A stretch of DNA of 64,000 bases from Mycobacteriales bacterium (GCA_038229825.1 JBBROB010000013.1:84065-148064), one strand, 5' to 3'; positions 56,492-64,000 are shown, numbered from the stretch's first letter. Notes: generated by a model not told the origin, from the letters alone. Made by a program: numbers and translations.

Positions 56492-59215
56492 ATGACCCAG
56501 CAGGCGGTTCTCGGACGGCGGGCGGCTAGTTCGACCGACAACTCTCTGGAGCAAGCAAGTCTGGGTGAGGTCCTGGCCGGTTTGATCGCCGACGCGCCGA
56601 ACCCTGCCCTGTGGTCCTTCCGCCTCGACGGTGTGTGGGCGTATGCGCATACGGCAAAGCCGCTCCCGATTCAGGGATGGAAATTGCATGTCTCAGCGAC
56701 CGTCGGTTCCGCCGAGAGCGTGTTGAGGGCCTGCGCCGGTGTGCTGCTGGCGGCCGGATGCAACTTCAAGGTGGCCAGCACGTCCGAGCACGTACAGGGC
56801 CTGACAGATTCGCATTGCCCGGCGGAGAGTGCCGGAAAGGTATTGACCGCCTATCCGGGTGACGATGATTCGGCCGTCACCCTGGCCCAGCGGCTCGACG
56901 TGGCAACGAGAGGGTTTGACGGGCCGCGGATTCTCTCCGATCGGCCGTTCGTCCCCGGAAGTCTTGTCCACTACCGCTTCGGTGCATTCACCGGAATACC
57001 GCACGTCTCCCATGATGGCGACGTCACCGCCGCCCTGATGGCTCCGGACGGCACCCCCGTGGCCGACAGCCGCGAGGTCGGCCGTCCGGCACCGGAATGG
57101 GCCAGCCGACCGTTCGTCGTTGCTCCGGCCGGCGATGAAAAGGCGGCCGGACCGCGCCCAGTGATGCTGGCCGATCGTTATGTGGTGCAGGAGGCAATCC
57201 GTCATGCCTACCGCGGCGGCGTCTTTCGTGCCGTCGACCAGAAGTCGGGCCTGACGGTGGTGGTCAAGCAGGCCAGGGCGAACGTCGGCGCAGGTCGCGA
57301 CGGCCTGGATGTGCGCGATCGCCTCCGACACGAGGCCGCGGTGCTCCAGGCGCTGGCCGGACGCGGTTGGGTACCGGAATTGGTGGACACCTTCGAGCAG
57401 GACGGTGACGTGTTCGTGATCGAACAATTCATCCCCGGTCTCAACCTCCGCCAGTGGGTGAATGCCGGTGTGCGCGACGGAATTGTCCTGCGGCCGGTTG
57501 GGGAGGCCCTTCAGGTGCTGGCCAGGGCCGCGACGGTACTGGTCGACCTTCACGCGGCGGGCGTGGTGGTCCGCGACTTCAGCCCCAATAACGTCGTCGT
57601 CGGCGATAGCGGTCAGGTGGTACTGGTCGACCTGGAACTTGCCGATGTACCTGGGATCCCGGTGGGCATCGCACCAGGGGGCACCAGAGCCTACGGGTCG
57701 CCGGAGCAATTCGCAGGCAGCTCTCCACATCGCAGCACCGACGCCTACGCACTCGGCGCGGTCATCGCCTTCACCCTGACGGGTGAGGATCCGCTGCTCT
57801 GGCTCGACACCGTTCCCGACATGCGGAGCTGGCTGGCTCATGGGGTCCGGCAAGCCAGCTGCCCGCCCGACGTCGCGGACCTGGTCGTCGCCTTGTGCTC
57901 GGTGGATCCTGCCGCCCGGCCGACGGCTGCGGCGGCGGCCGATATGTTGCGCACCGCAAAGGCTTCTGCCCCTTCGTTGACGGTCCCGCTGGTCGCCCGG
58001 GCGGCCCTGCAGGACATCCGGCCGATGTCCGAGGCCGAGTTGGACGCAGCCATCGCTGCGCTTCTGGACCGACTGCTTGCCGACGTACACCCGGGGCGAC
58101 AGCGAGTCGCTCGGTCGTCCGGTTTCGGTGAGTCAACGTTGGCGACCAACGTCCAGCATGGTGCGGCCGGGATTCTCGGTGCCATGGTGTCAACGTTCGA
58201 CGCGCTGCACGACGATCGACTGCTCGAGAAGATCCATGACGTTGCGAGGTGGCTGGAACTCGCCGTCGAACGCCATCCCGCGACGGGTCCGGTGGGGTTG
58301 TATTTCGGGTATTCAGGTCCACTCTGGGCCCTGGCCGACGCCGGCGTTGCGCTCGGCGACCCAGCCATGGTCACCAGCGCCTGCGAGCGGGCATTGGCAC
58401 TGCCGACCAGTTGGCCGTCGCCGGATGTCACCCACGGAGTCGCGGGGCTCGGACTGACACTGGTCCATCTGTGGCAGCTCACTGGCGATCGGCGACTGCG
58501 GGACAGGGTGCTCCAGGCTGGGGGGCATCTGCTTGACTGCGCCGAACTGGACGTCGGTGCCGGTCCCGCCGGACCGAGCATCTCCTGGCGGACGCCGCGC
58601 GGGGTTGCCTCGACATTCGCCGGCGGCCGCTTCAATGGATTCGCGCACGGCACGGCGGGTATCGGATTGTTCCTCGAGCACGCTGCCCTGGTGACAAAGG
58701 CAATCGAGTTCGCCGACGCAGCAACACTTGCAGCACAGACACTCGCAAGGGCTGCGGTGCGGCGCGACGGCATGGCGACCTGGGGCTCAAGCCCAGAAAG
58801 GCCGGATCCCGGCCTGACGTACTGGTGCAACGGCTCGTCCGGGGTGGCCACCTTCCTGTCCCGCCATGCCGCGGCCACCGGCGATCAAGACCAACAGCTG
58901 CTCGGAGAAGCGGCACTGTCCCTGGTCAGAAACAAGTGGAAATCCGGGATTTCCTACTGCCATGGGCTTTCCGGCGATGCCGACCTGCTCCTGGATCTGG
59001 CTGAGACCACCTCGGAGCGATACCGGGACTGGGCCGGTGACCTGTTGCGCTGCATGTGGGCCCGCCGGGTGACGGACACGCTCGGACCGGCCCTGTCCGA
59101 CGAGCCCGGCCAAGTCGTGCCGGATTTCAATGTCGGCTACGGTGGCCCGCTCACGGTGCTGCTGCGTTTACGGCACGGTGGCGCCCGGTCCTGGCTCCCG
59201 GCGCTGCGGCCATGA
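56492..59215 (+). CDS. lanL: Class IV lanthionine synthetase (LanL-type): N-terminal phosphoSer/Thr lyase, central Ser/Thr kinase, C-terminal Zn-type LanC cyclase
   Basis: GAGGAG lies upstream of the ATG. Lyase-domain hallmark 'IQGWKLHVSA'. Kinase motifs 'VVKQARANVG', 'VVRDFSPNNVVV' and 'LVDLELA'. LanC motifs 'HGVAGLG', 'HGTAGIG', 'YWCNGSSG' (Cys codon 58826-58828) and 'SYCHGLSG' (Cys-His codons 58958-58963). Confidence 0.85.
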   Translation: MTQQAVLGRRAASSTDNSLEQASLGEVLAGLIADAPNPALWSFRLDGVWAYAHTAKPLPIQGWKLHVSATVGSAESVLRACAGVLLAAGCNFKVASTSEHVQGLTDSHCPAESAGKVLTAYPGDDDSAVTLAQRLDVATRGFDGPRILSDRPFVPGSLVHYRFGAFTGIPHVSHDGDVTAALMAPDGTPVADSREVGRPAPEWASRPFVVAPAGDEKAAGPRPVMLADRYVVQEAIRHAYRGGVFRAVDQKSGLTVVVKQARANVGAGRDGLDVRDRLRHEAAVLQALAGRGWVPELVDTFEQDGDVFVIEQFIPGLNLRQWVNAGVRDGIVLRPVGEALQVLARAATVLVDLHAAGVVVRDFSPNNVVVGDSGQVVLVDLELADVPGIPVGIAPGGTRAYGSPEQFAGSSPHRSTDAYALGAVIAFTLTGEDPLLWLDTVPDMRSWLAHGVRQASCPPDVADLVVALCSVDPAARPTAAAAADMLRTAKASAPSLTVPLVARAALQDIRPMSEAELDAAIAALLDRLLADVHPGRQRVARSSGFGESTLATNVQHGAAGILGAMVSTFDALHDDRLLEKIHDVARWLELAVERHPATGPVGLYFGYSGPLWALADAGVALGDPAMVTSACERALALPTSWPSPDVTHGVAGLGLTLVHLWQLTGDRRLRDRVLQAGGHLLDCAELDVGAGPAGPSISWRTPRGVASTFAGGRFNGFAHGTAGIGLFLEHAALVTKAIEFADAATLAAQTLARAAVRRDGMATWGSSPERPDPGLTYWCNGSSGVATFLSRHAAATGDQDQQLLGEAALSLVRNKWKSGISYCHGLSGDADLLLDLAETTSERYRDWAGDLLRCMWARRVTDTLGPALSDEPGQVVPDFNVGYGGPLTVLLRLRHGGARSWLPALRP

Positions 59216-61041
59216 CCACGACGATGATCGAGGCGGCCGGGCCGGCCACCGATTGCGCGGCGGCAGCCCCGGCCAGGGTGTCCTGGCGATTCTCGCCCGG
59301 CGGTGCGGTCGCCGCCTGCACGGTGGTGCGCCCCGGCCGGCCACCGGAGCTGGAGATCCGGACCGGGACGAGTCGGCGGAGATTGACCATTCAGGATCTT
59401 TCGGTCTACAGCCAGCTCCTGCCGACCGACGATGGTGCGGTGTTCATCGCTCACCAGATCGGCGGGTTGAGCCACATCCTGCTGGTGCGCGCGGACGGAG
59501 CGGTGTCGACGACGACCCATCGCAGCGCAGGTGGGTTGGCGCTCGTGGCCCGACCTGGAGGTACCGGGGTGGTCGCTGTCGAATCCACCCTCGCCGGCGC
59601 GAGCCGACTGCTGGAGTACCGCAACAGCCGGTTCTGCGAATTGGTGTCGTTCGACGGAATTGCCGTCGGCGCGGTCTGGCTGGACGATGTGGGCCGCCGA
59701 ATGGCGGTCAACATCACCGGCCCCGGGCAGCACTGCTCAGCGATCGACATCGACCTGACAACCGGCGACATCACCCCGATGCTGTCGATCTCGCCGACGA
59801 GCGACGACAGGATCAGCGGCTACCTGCCGCGTGCCAACCTGATCGTGTTGTCCACCAACGCGACCGGTGAAATACGGCTTGGCTACGGTCATCCCGGCGT
59901 CGACCGGGTGGCCTTCCCGGACAGCCTGTCGGCCTGCGGTCCGGTGACCTACCTTGCCGGCTCGTCCGACGGCGCGGTGCTGGCCGTGGCAGTGGACCAG
60001 GGAACGTCCTCCGTTGTTCGCATCGTCGATACCGGCTCTGGCCTGGGGACAGATCTGCCGCTGCCTCCGCTGGTGGTCATTGGCTCAGGACAAATCCGCG
60101 GAACCCGGTTGACGTTGCCGGTCAGCACATCGGATCGGCCGGGCACCTTGTTGCACGTCGACATCCGCTCCGGAGTGCACAGTTTCGAGGATCCGGCGGA
60201 GCCGGGGGCGGTCCGGCCGGCCGTTCGTTGGCTACCCGGCGCGGACGGACCGGTGGAGAGTCTGATTTACGGAGACGTCGAGGCCGCGGCCGTCGCCGTG
60301 GTCGCCCTGCACGGCGGCCCGGTGCAGGCGTGGCGGGCAACCTTCGATCCGCTGCTTGCCGAACTGGTCGCCAACGGGATTGCCGTGGTCGCACCCAATA
60401 TTCGGGGTTCCAGCGGCTACGGACGTGACCATGTCATGGCCATCCGTAACCGGTGGGGCGGACCGGACTGCGACGATGTGCTCGCGATCGGCAGGTGGCT
60501 CATCGCGCGCAGGGGCGGTGCGGCGATGCGCCCGATCGTGCTCGGAACTTCCTACGGCGCGTTCCTGGGAATGCTTGCGGCGCAGCGCGCGCCGGGCGAC
60601 TGGTCGGGATGTGTGGCCCTGTCGACCTTCATCAGTGGCGCGCGGGTCGTCGACGCCGGCGGGGCGGTCGCCGAGTTGGTCCGTCGACTCGGCGGCGTGA
60701 CGTCCCCGGATCTGCGAGATCGACTGGATCGGATATCGGTCCCGGTGCTGCTGGTGCACGGCACCGCCGACCACGTTGTCCCGGTGAGCGAATCAGGCCT
60801 GCTGGCCGCCGGCCTGCGTGCTCATGGTTGCCCGGTGCACCACCTGGAGATCAGCGGGGGCGGTCATGACCTCATCAGCGATCCACAGCGCAGAGTTTGC
60901 ATCGACGCGATCCTCGACTTCTGCAGGGAGGTGAAGAAATTTGACTTCGGACGCGGTCCTGATGAAGGAGAAGGAACCCAAGCGGTGCAATGGCCCGCCC
61001 CGGCAGCCACCAGACCGGCACGCACAAACAACGAGAAATGA
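59212..61041 (+). CDS. S9 (prolyl oligopeptidase family) serine peptidase, likely the leader peptidase
   Basis: ATG 59212 overlaps the lanL stop (ATGA). N-terminal propeller-like region. C-terminal alpha/beta hydrolase with nucleophile 'LGTSYGAFLG', 'LVHGTADHVVP' and 'SGGGHD'. Confidence 0.8.
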   Translation: MTTTMIEAAGPATDCAAAAPARVSWRFSPGGAVAACTVVRPGRPPELEIRTGTSRRRLTIQDLSVYSQLLPTDDGAVFIAHQIGGLSHILLVRADGAVSTTTHRSAGGLALVARPGGTGVVAVESTLAGASRLLEYRNSRFCELVSFDGIAVGAVWLDDVGRRMAVNITGPGQHCSAIDIDLTTGDITPMLSISPTSDDRISGYLPRANLIVLSTNATGEIRLGYGHPGVDRVAFPDSLSACGPVTYLAGSSDGAVLAVAVDQGTSSVVRIVDTGSGLGTDLPLPPLVVIGSGQIRGTRLTLPVSTSDRPGTLLHVDIRSGVHSFEDPAEPGAVRPAVRWLPGADGPVESLIYGDVEAAAVAVVALHGGPVQAWRATFDPLLAELVANGIAVVAPNIRGSSGYGRDHVMAIRNRWGGPDCDDVLAIGRWLIARRGGAAMRPIVLGTSYGAFLGMLAAQRAPGDWSGCVALSTFISGARVVDAGGAVAELVRRLGGVTSPDLRDRLDRISVPVLLVHGTADHVVPVSESGLLAAGLRAHGCPVHHLEISGGGHDLISDPQRRVCIDAILDFCREVKKFDFGRGPDEGEGTQAVQWPAPAATRPARTNNEK

Positions 61042-61056
61042 AAGGAGGATTGAGAA

Positions 61057-61200
61057 ATGAGCATTGATATCGCGGAACTGGACTTGCTGCCAGCGGTGGC
61101 TGCGGCTCCGACCACCGATGATCTGGCCGAATTGGGTCTGATGTGGTGCTGGATCACGTGCTGGCACACGTGCTGGATCACCGATCACATCCAGATCTGA
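61057..61200 (+). CDS. lanA1: Lanthipeptide precursor 1 (47 aa): MSIDIAELDLLPAVAAAPTTDDLAELGLMWCWITCWHTCWITDHIQI
   Basis: Translated by hand. AAAGGAGGA (61041-61049) sits 7 nt upstream of the ATG. It lies directly downstream of the synthetase and protease genes. The leader is shared with the second peptide, and the core has 3 Cys and 3 Thr. It is below the size cut-off of the supplied ORF track. Confidence 0.7.
   Translation: MSIDIAELDLLPAVAAAPTTDDLAELGLMWCWITCWHTCWITDHIQI
61147..61182 (+). repeat. 12-nt in-frame tandem repeat x3 (TGCTGG-ATC/CAC-ACG/ACC) encoding (Cys-Trp-Ile/His-Thr)x3
   Basis: Read directly: tgctggatcacg / tgctggcacacg / tgctggatcacc. Confidence 0.9.
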
Positions 61201-61210
61201 TGGCCGCCGT

Positions 61211-61238
61211 GGCAGGGGTGGTGTGCCCGTCTCCTGCC
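61211..61238 (+). terminator. Stem-loop between the two precursor genes (8-bp stem GGCAGGGG / CTCCTGCC including one G-U, 12-nt loop); possible attenuator or processing site
   Basis: The inverted repeat 61211-61218 / 61231-61238 is visible in the sequence, starting 11 nt after the lanA1 stop. There is no U-tract. Confidence 0.3.
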
Positions 61239-61302
61239 CTGTCACGCGCTATATCCGGATCCAAGACGGCTCTCCCCACACCTCGAAAGGGGGTGAATCA
61301 AA

Positions 61303-61446
61303 ATGAGCATCGACATCATGGAACTTGACCTGCTGCCGGAGATCGACCCGATCTCCACTGCCGATCTCGACGAAATGGGTCTACAGGTCTGCCGGCCCAC
61401 TTGTCTGTTCAATTCCTGCTTTTTCACCAAGGACTTCTATTTCTGA
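61303..61446 (+). CDS. lanA2: Lanthipeptide precursor 2 (47 aa): MSIDIMELDLLPEIDPISTADLDEMGLQVCRPTCLFNSCFFTKDFYF
   Basis: Translated by hand. GAAAGGGGG lies about 10 nt upstream of the ATG. The leader 'MSIDI-ELDLLP...DL-E-GL' is conserved with precursor 1, and both are 47 aa. The core has 3 Cys and 3 Ser/Thr. Confidence 0.7.
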   Translation: MSIDIMELDLLPEIDPISTADLDEMGLQVCRPTCLFNSCFFTKDFYF

Positions 61447-61556
61447 CAATCCTGGTGTGCCCTTCGGTCTGAGGCGGTGCCCTGGGTGCGGCGTGGATTC
61501 CCTGCCGCGCCCGGGGCGGCCGACCTCAATTCGACTCCCCGCAAATCTGATGAGGT

Positions 61557-63242
61557 GTGAAGATGAAGGACGCCATGACCAACCCCTGGCGTATTGCTCC
61601 GATCTGGACTTCGGTGGCAGTGTCGGCGGCAGTCGTCGGCACGGCCACGAGTCTGGCCATCCCCGCCCTGGTCGGTCGGACAATCACCGCATTTGCGCAA
61701 GGTCGAGAATCGGCCCAGCTCATCTGGCTGTTGATCGCCGCAGTGGCCGCGACGGTGACGATGGGCGTGCTCGCGGCTGTGGCCGGCGGGTCCGGGAGTG
61801 CGCTCATCACCGCCGGCATCCGCCGCGCACTGAGCCGCTCGATCGTCCGCACCGAAGGTCCCGGCGTCGACGGGGTTCGATTCGGCACATCGGATCTGAT
61901 CACGCGCCTTCTGCTCGACAGCAGCGCATTGTCGAGGGCTGTGCCGATAGCCGTCAGCCTGATTCTCTCCTGCGCCAGCCTGTTGGTCGGCATGGTCATG
62001 CTGCTGCTCATCGACTGGTGGCTACTGGTCGGAGTAGTGGCGGGACTGCTGCTGTTGACAGCGATGTTGCGCCGCTACATCGACGACACCGCCGGTCCGA
62101 TCTCGACCTACCGCGAGAGCCAGGCCGAGATCGGGCAGCGACTTCTCGACGCCCAAAGGGGTTCGGCCAGCATCCGTGCGTACGGGACATGGATGCGCGA
62201 ACTCGCTCGCATCGTCCGGCCGCTGCCCGTCCTGCGGGCGGTCGGATCGCGACTCTGGGCCGCACAAGGGCGAATGGCCTGGCGTTCGTCGATCTTCGTT
62301 CCCTCGATTCAACTCTCGATGGTCGGGCTGGGGTGCGTGTCGATGGCCGCAGGTCGGATCAGCGTCGGCCAACTGGTCACCGCGCTGGCCTACAGCACGG
62401 TGATCCTGGGGGCGTTGGATGGCGTGGAGGCGGCCGCCGGTCTCAATCTGGTCAAGGCCGGACGCAGTCGGATCGTCGAAGTCGTCGGATCCTGGACACC
62501 CGGGCGAGTCACCGGCTCGCCGCCGTCGACCGATGAGCCGTTGGAAGTGGTGCTGGACTCGGTGACGGTGCTGGGTGCCGACGGCGGGCCGATTCTCGAC
62601 GACATCAGCTTGACCATTCCAGCGGGTGCACTGGTCGCTGTCACCGGGCCGGCCGGCTCCGGCCGTTCGACCTTCGCCGGCATGGTGGCCGGCACGATCG
62701 TCCCGGCTTCAGGAAACGTGCTGATCGGCGGCGTCCCGCTGGTGCAGATACCGGCGGCAGCTCGGGCCGGACTGGTCGTCCTCGGCTCGTCCCGACCGGC
62801 GCTGATCGGTGAGACCGTCGCCGGTCTGATCGGACTGGGCCTAGGCCCGCTGACGGCCGACGTCGTGGCACAGAACGCCAGGGACGCGCACATCGCCGAT
62901 GTCATCGATGCCCTGCCGGGCGGTTACCTCGCCCGGCTGGACGAACTGCAACTTTCCGGTGGTGAGTTGCAGCGGCTGGGCATCGCCCAGGCAATGGCCA
63001 GGAACAGCAAGGTGATGGTGCTGGACGACGCCACCTCGAACCTCGACGCGGCCACCGAGCGAGAGGTGGTCGGCGCGCTCCGTGCGGCCGGCCGCGGGTG
63101 CACCTGCATCCTGGTGACCAATCGTCCGGCGGTGGCGCGACTGGCGGATGTGGTCATCCGGCTGGAAGCGGGTCATGTCGTGTCCTCAACAACACTGTCT
63201 TCCTCAACAGCGCCGTCCTCAACAATGGCGAGCATGAGATGA
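61557..63242 (+). CDS. ABC exporter half-transporter (TMD-NBD fusion)
   Basis: N-terminal 6-TM domain. Walker A 'GPAGSGRST', signature 'LSGGELQRLGIA' and Walker B 'VMVLDDATSNLD'. The start is GTG 61557 or ATG 61563. Confidence 0.85.
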   Translation: MKMKDAMTNPWRIAPIWTSVAVSAAVVGTATSLAIPALVGRTITAFAQGRESAQLIWLLIAAVAATVTMGVLAAVAGGSGSALITAGIRRALSRSIVRTEGPGVDGVRFGTSDLITRLLLDSSALSRAVPIAVSLILSCASLLVGMVMLLLIDWWLLVGVVAGLLLLTAMLRRYIDDTAGPISTYRESQAEIGQRLLDAQRGSASIRAYGTWMRELARIVRPLPVLRAVGSRLWAAQGRMAWRSSIFVPSIQLSMVGLGCVSMAAGRISVGQLVTALAYSTVILGALDGVEAAAGLNLVKAGRSRIVEVVGSWTPGRVTGSPPSTDEPLEVVLDSVTVLGADGGPILDDISLTIPAGALVAVTGPAGSGRSTFAGMVAGTIVPASGNVLIGGVPLVQIPAAARAGLVVLGSSRPALIGETVAGLIGLGLGPLTADVVAQNARDAHIADVIDALPGGYLARLDELQLSGGELQRLGIAQAMARNSKVMVLDDATSNLDAATEREVVGALRAAGRGCTCILVTNRPAVARLADVVIRLEAGHVVSSTTLSSSTAPSSTMASMR

Positions 63243-64000
63243 GCCGGGCAACGGGAGCTGGAAAGCTGCCGCGCGCACTGCCGGCGACCGGGTCGGACCT
63301 GCTACGGGATTGCCTGCCCGGCCGGGGCGCCATCCTGCGTCTGTTCGCCTGGGTCGCCGCTGAGTCCGTGCCGGCGCTGCTGTCCGGGCTGTGCCTGGCC
63401 CGGGCGATCGATGCGCTGCAGGACCGCAGACCGGCCGCAGTGGTCGGTGCGCTGGCTGTGATGGCCGGCGCGATCGGTCTCGGCGCCATCGCCACCAGGG
63501 CACTCTATTTCTCTCTGGCGATCGTCGTCGACGACTTTCGCGACACTCTGATGGCTGCTGTCGTGCGTGGTTCGCTGCTTCGGATGACCGACGACGGACG
63601 TCCAGGGCCGAACACGCTGACCCAATTGATCGACCAGGTCGATCAGGTGCGCAACCTGCTGTCGGCTGTGCTGCGCGGTATCCGCTCGACGTTGGCCCCA
63701 CCCGTGGCGGTCTGCCTCGGGCTGTTCGCACTGGACCCCCGACTGGGTTGGGCCGTACTGATCCCGCTCGGTGCAGCCCTGGCCCTGTATGGAGCGCTGC
63801 TGCGCCGCGTCCTTTCCCGGGAGCGAGCAGCGGCGATAGCTGGGGAACGCCTTGGGGTCTGCGCCGGTTCGATCGTCCAGGCGATCGGTGACATTCGTGG
63901 GCTCTCAGCCCAGCAGTGGGCCCAGGACAGGATCGACGATGCCGTCGGATCGGTGGCGGCAGCCGACGCGGCAGCCGCCCGCACGGTCGCAAAGCGGCAC
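63239..64000 (+). CDS. Second ABC exporter half-transporter (TMD part only; 3' end beyond the window)
   Basis: ATG 63239 overlaps the previous stop (ATGA). The frame stays open to the window edge (254 codons). Hand translation 'MSRATGAGKLPRAL...LRLFAWVAAESVPALLSGLCLARAID...' is a hydrophobic type-I exporter TMD. It is not in the ORF track because no stop is reached. Confidence 0.7.
   Translation, partial: MSRATGAGKLPRALPATGSDLLRDCLPGRGAILRLFAWVAAESVPALLSGLCLARAIDALQDRRPAAVVGALAVMAGAIGLGAIATRALYFSLAIVVDDFRDTLMAAVVRGSLLRMTDDGRPGPNTLTQLIDQVDQVRNLLSAVLRGIRSTLAPPVAVCLGLFALDPRLGWAVLIPLGAALALYGALLRRVLSRERAAAIAGERLGVCAGSIVQAIGDIRGLSAQQWAQDRIDDAVGSVAAADAAAARTVAKRH

Noticed and set aside
56693-58090. 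465-aa ORF on the minus strand inside lanL
   Set aside because: It is antisense to a CDS with unambiguous lyase, kinase and LanC motifs. The translation is Arg/Gly-rich with no motifs.
61143-61328. 61-aa ORF in the track (MVLDHVLAHVLDH...) spanning the precursor region
   Set aside because: It is the +2 frame of the 12-nt repeat in lanA1 and runs through the intergenic hairpin into lanA2. It has no RBS. The two 47-codon ORFs with SD sequences and a shared leader explain the region better.

Overview
High-GC actinobacterial chromosomal segment; I did not compute the G+C content and cannot name the species. Coding density is high, and many long shadow ORFs lie antisense to or out of frame with the real genes.

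Positions 1-15.1 kb are a conserved housekeeping block: glnE (3' part), ftsY, amt-glnB-glnD, ffh, an amidohydrolase, rpsP, a KH protein, rimM, trmD, rplS, lepB, rnhB, DUF2469 and yraN.

Positions 15.2-53 kb are accessory or metabolic:
- acyl-CoA synthetase and malQ
- a DGPF protein plus ECF sigma pair
- an LLM oxidoreductase
- a LacI-regulated sugar ABC uptake locus with a GH13 alpha-glucosidase
- SGNH hydrolase, USP, alpha/beta hydrolase and a MetE-like protein
- a desaturase plus flavoprotein pair, and a DinB protein
- mntH with a DtxR-family regulator
- an MprF-like membrane protein coupled to a lone receiver domain
- an RR-HK-pseudoHK operon
- a PadR module, several membrane proteins, a WhiG/FliA-like sigma factor, a CAP-domain secreted protein, and an SDR/TetR pair

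The most interesting part is 53.1-64.0 kb, a compact RiPP cluster that runs off the window edge. It contains:
- a LAL-type (AAA+ LuxR) regulator
- a three-domain lyase-kinase-cyclase lanthionine synthetase that retains the Zn-ligand motifs (class IV, LanL-type)
- a translationally coupled S9 prolyl-oligopeptidase-family protease
- two 47-codon precursor genes that are absent from the supplied ORF track
- two ABC exporter half-transporters

The two precursors share a leader. Their cores are aromatic-rich, each with 3 Cys and 3 Thr/Ser, and one is a (Cys-Trp-x-Thr)x3 repeat.

I found no rRNA, tRNA, CRISPR array or IS/transposase. All family assignments rest on motif recognition by eye, not on database searches.
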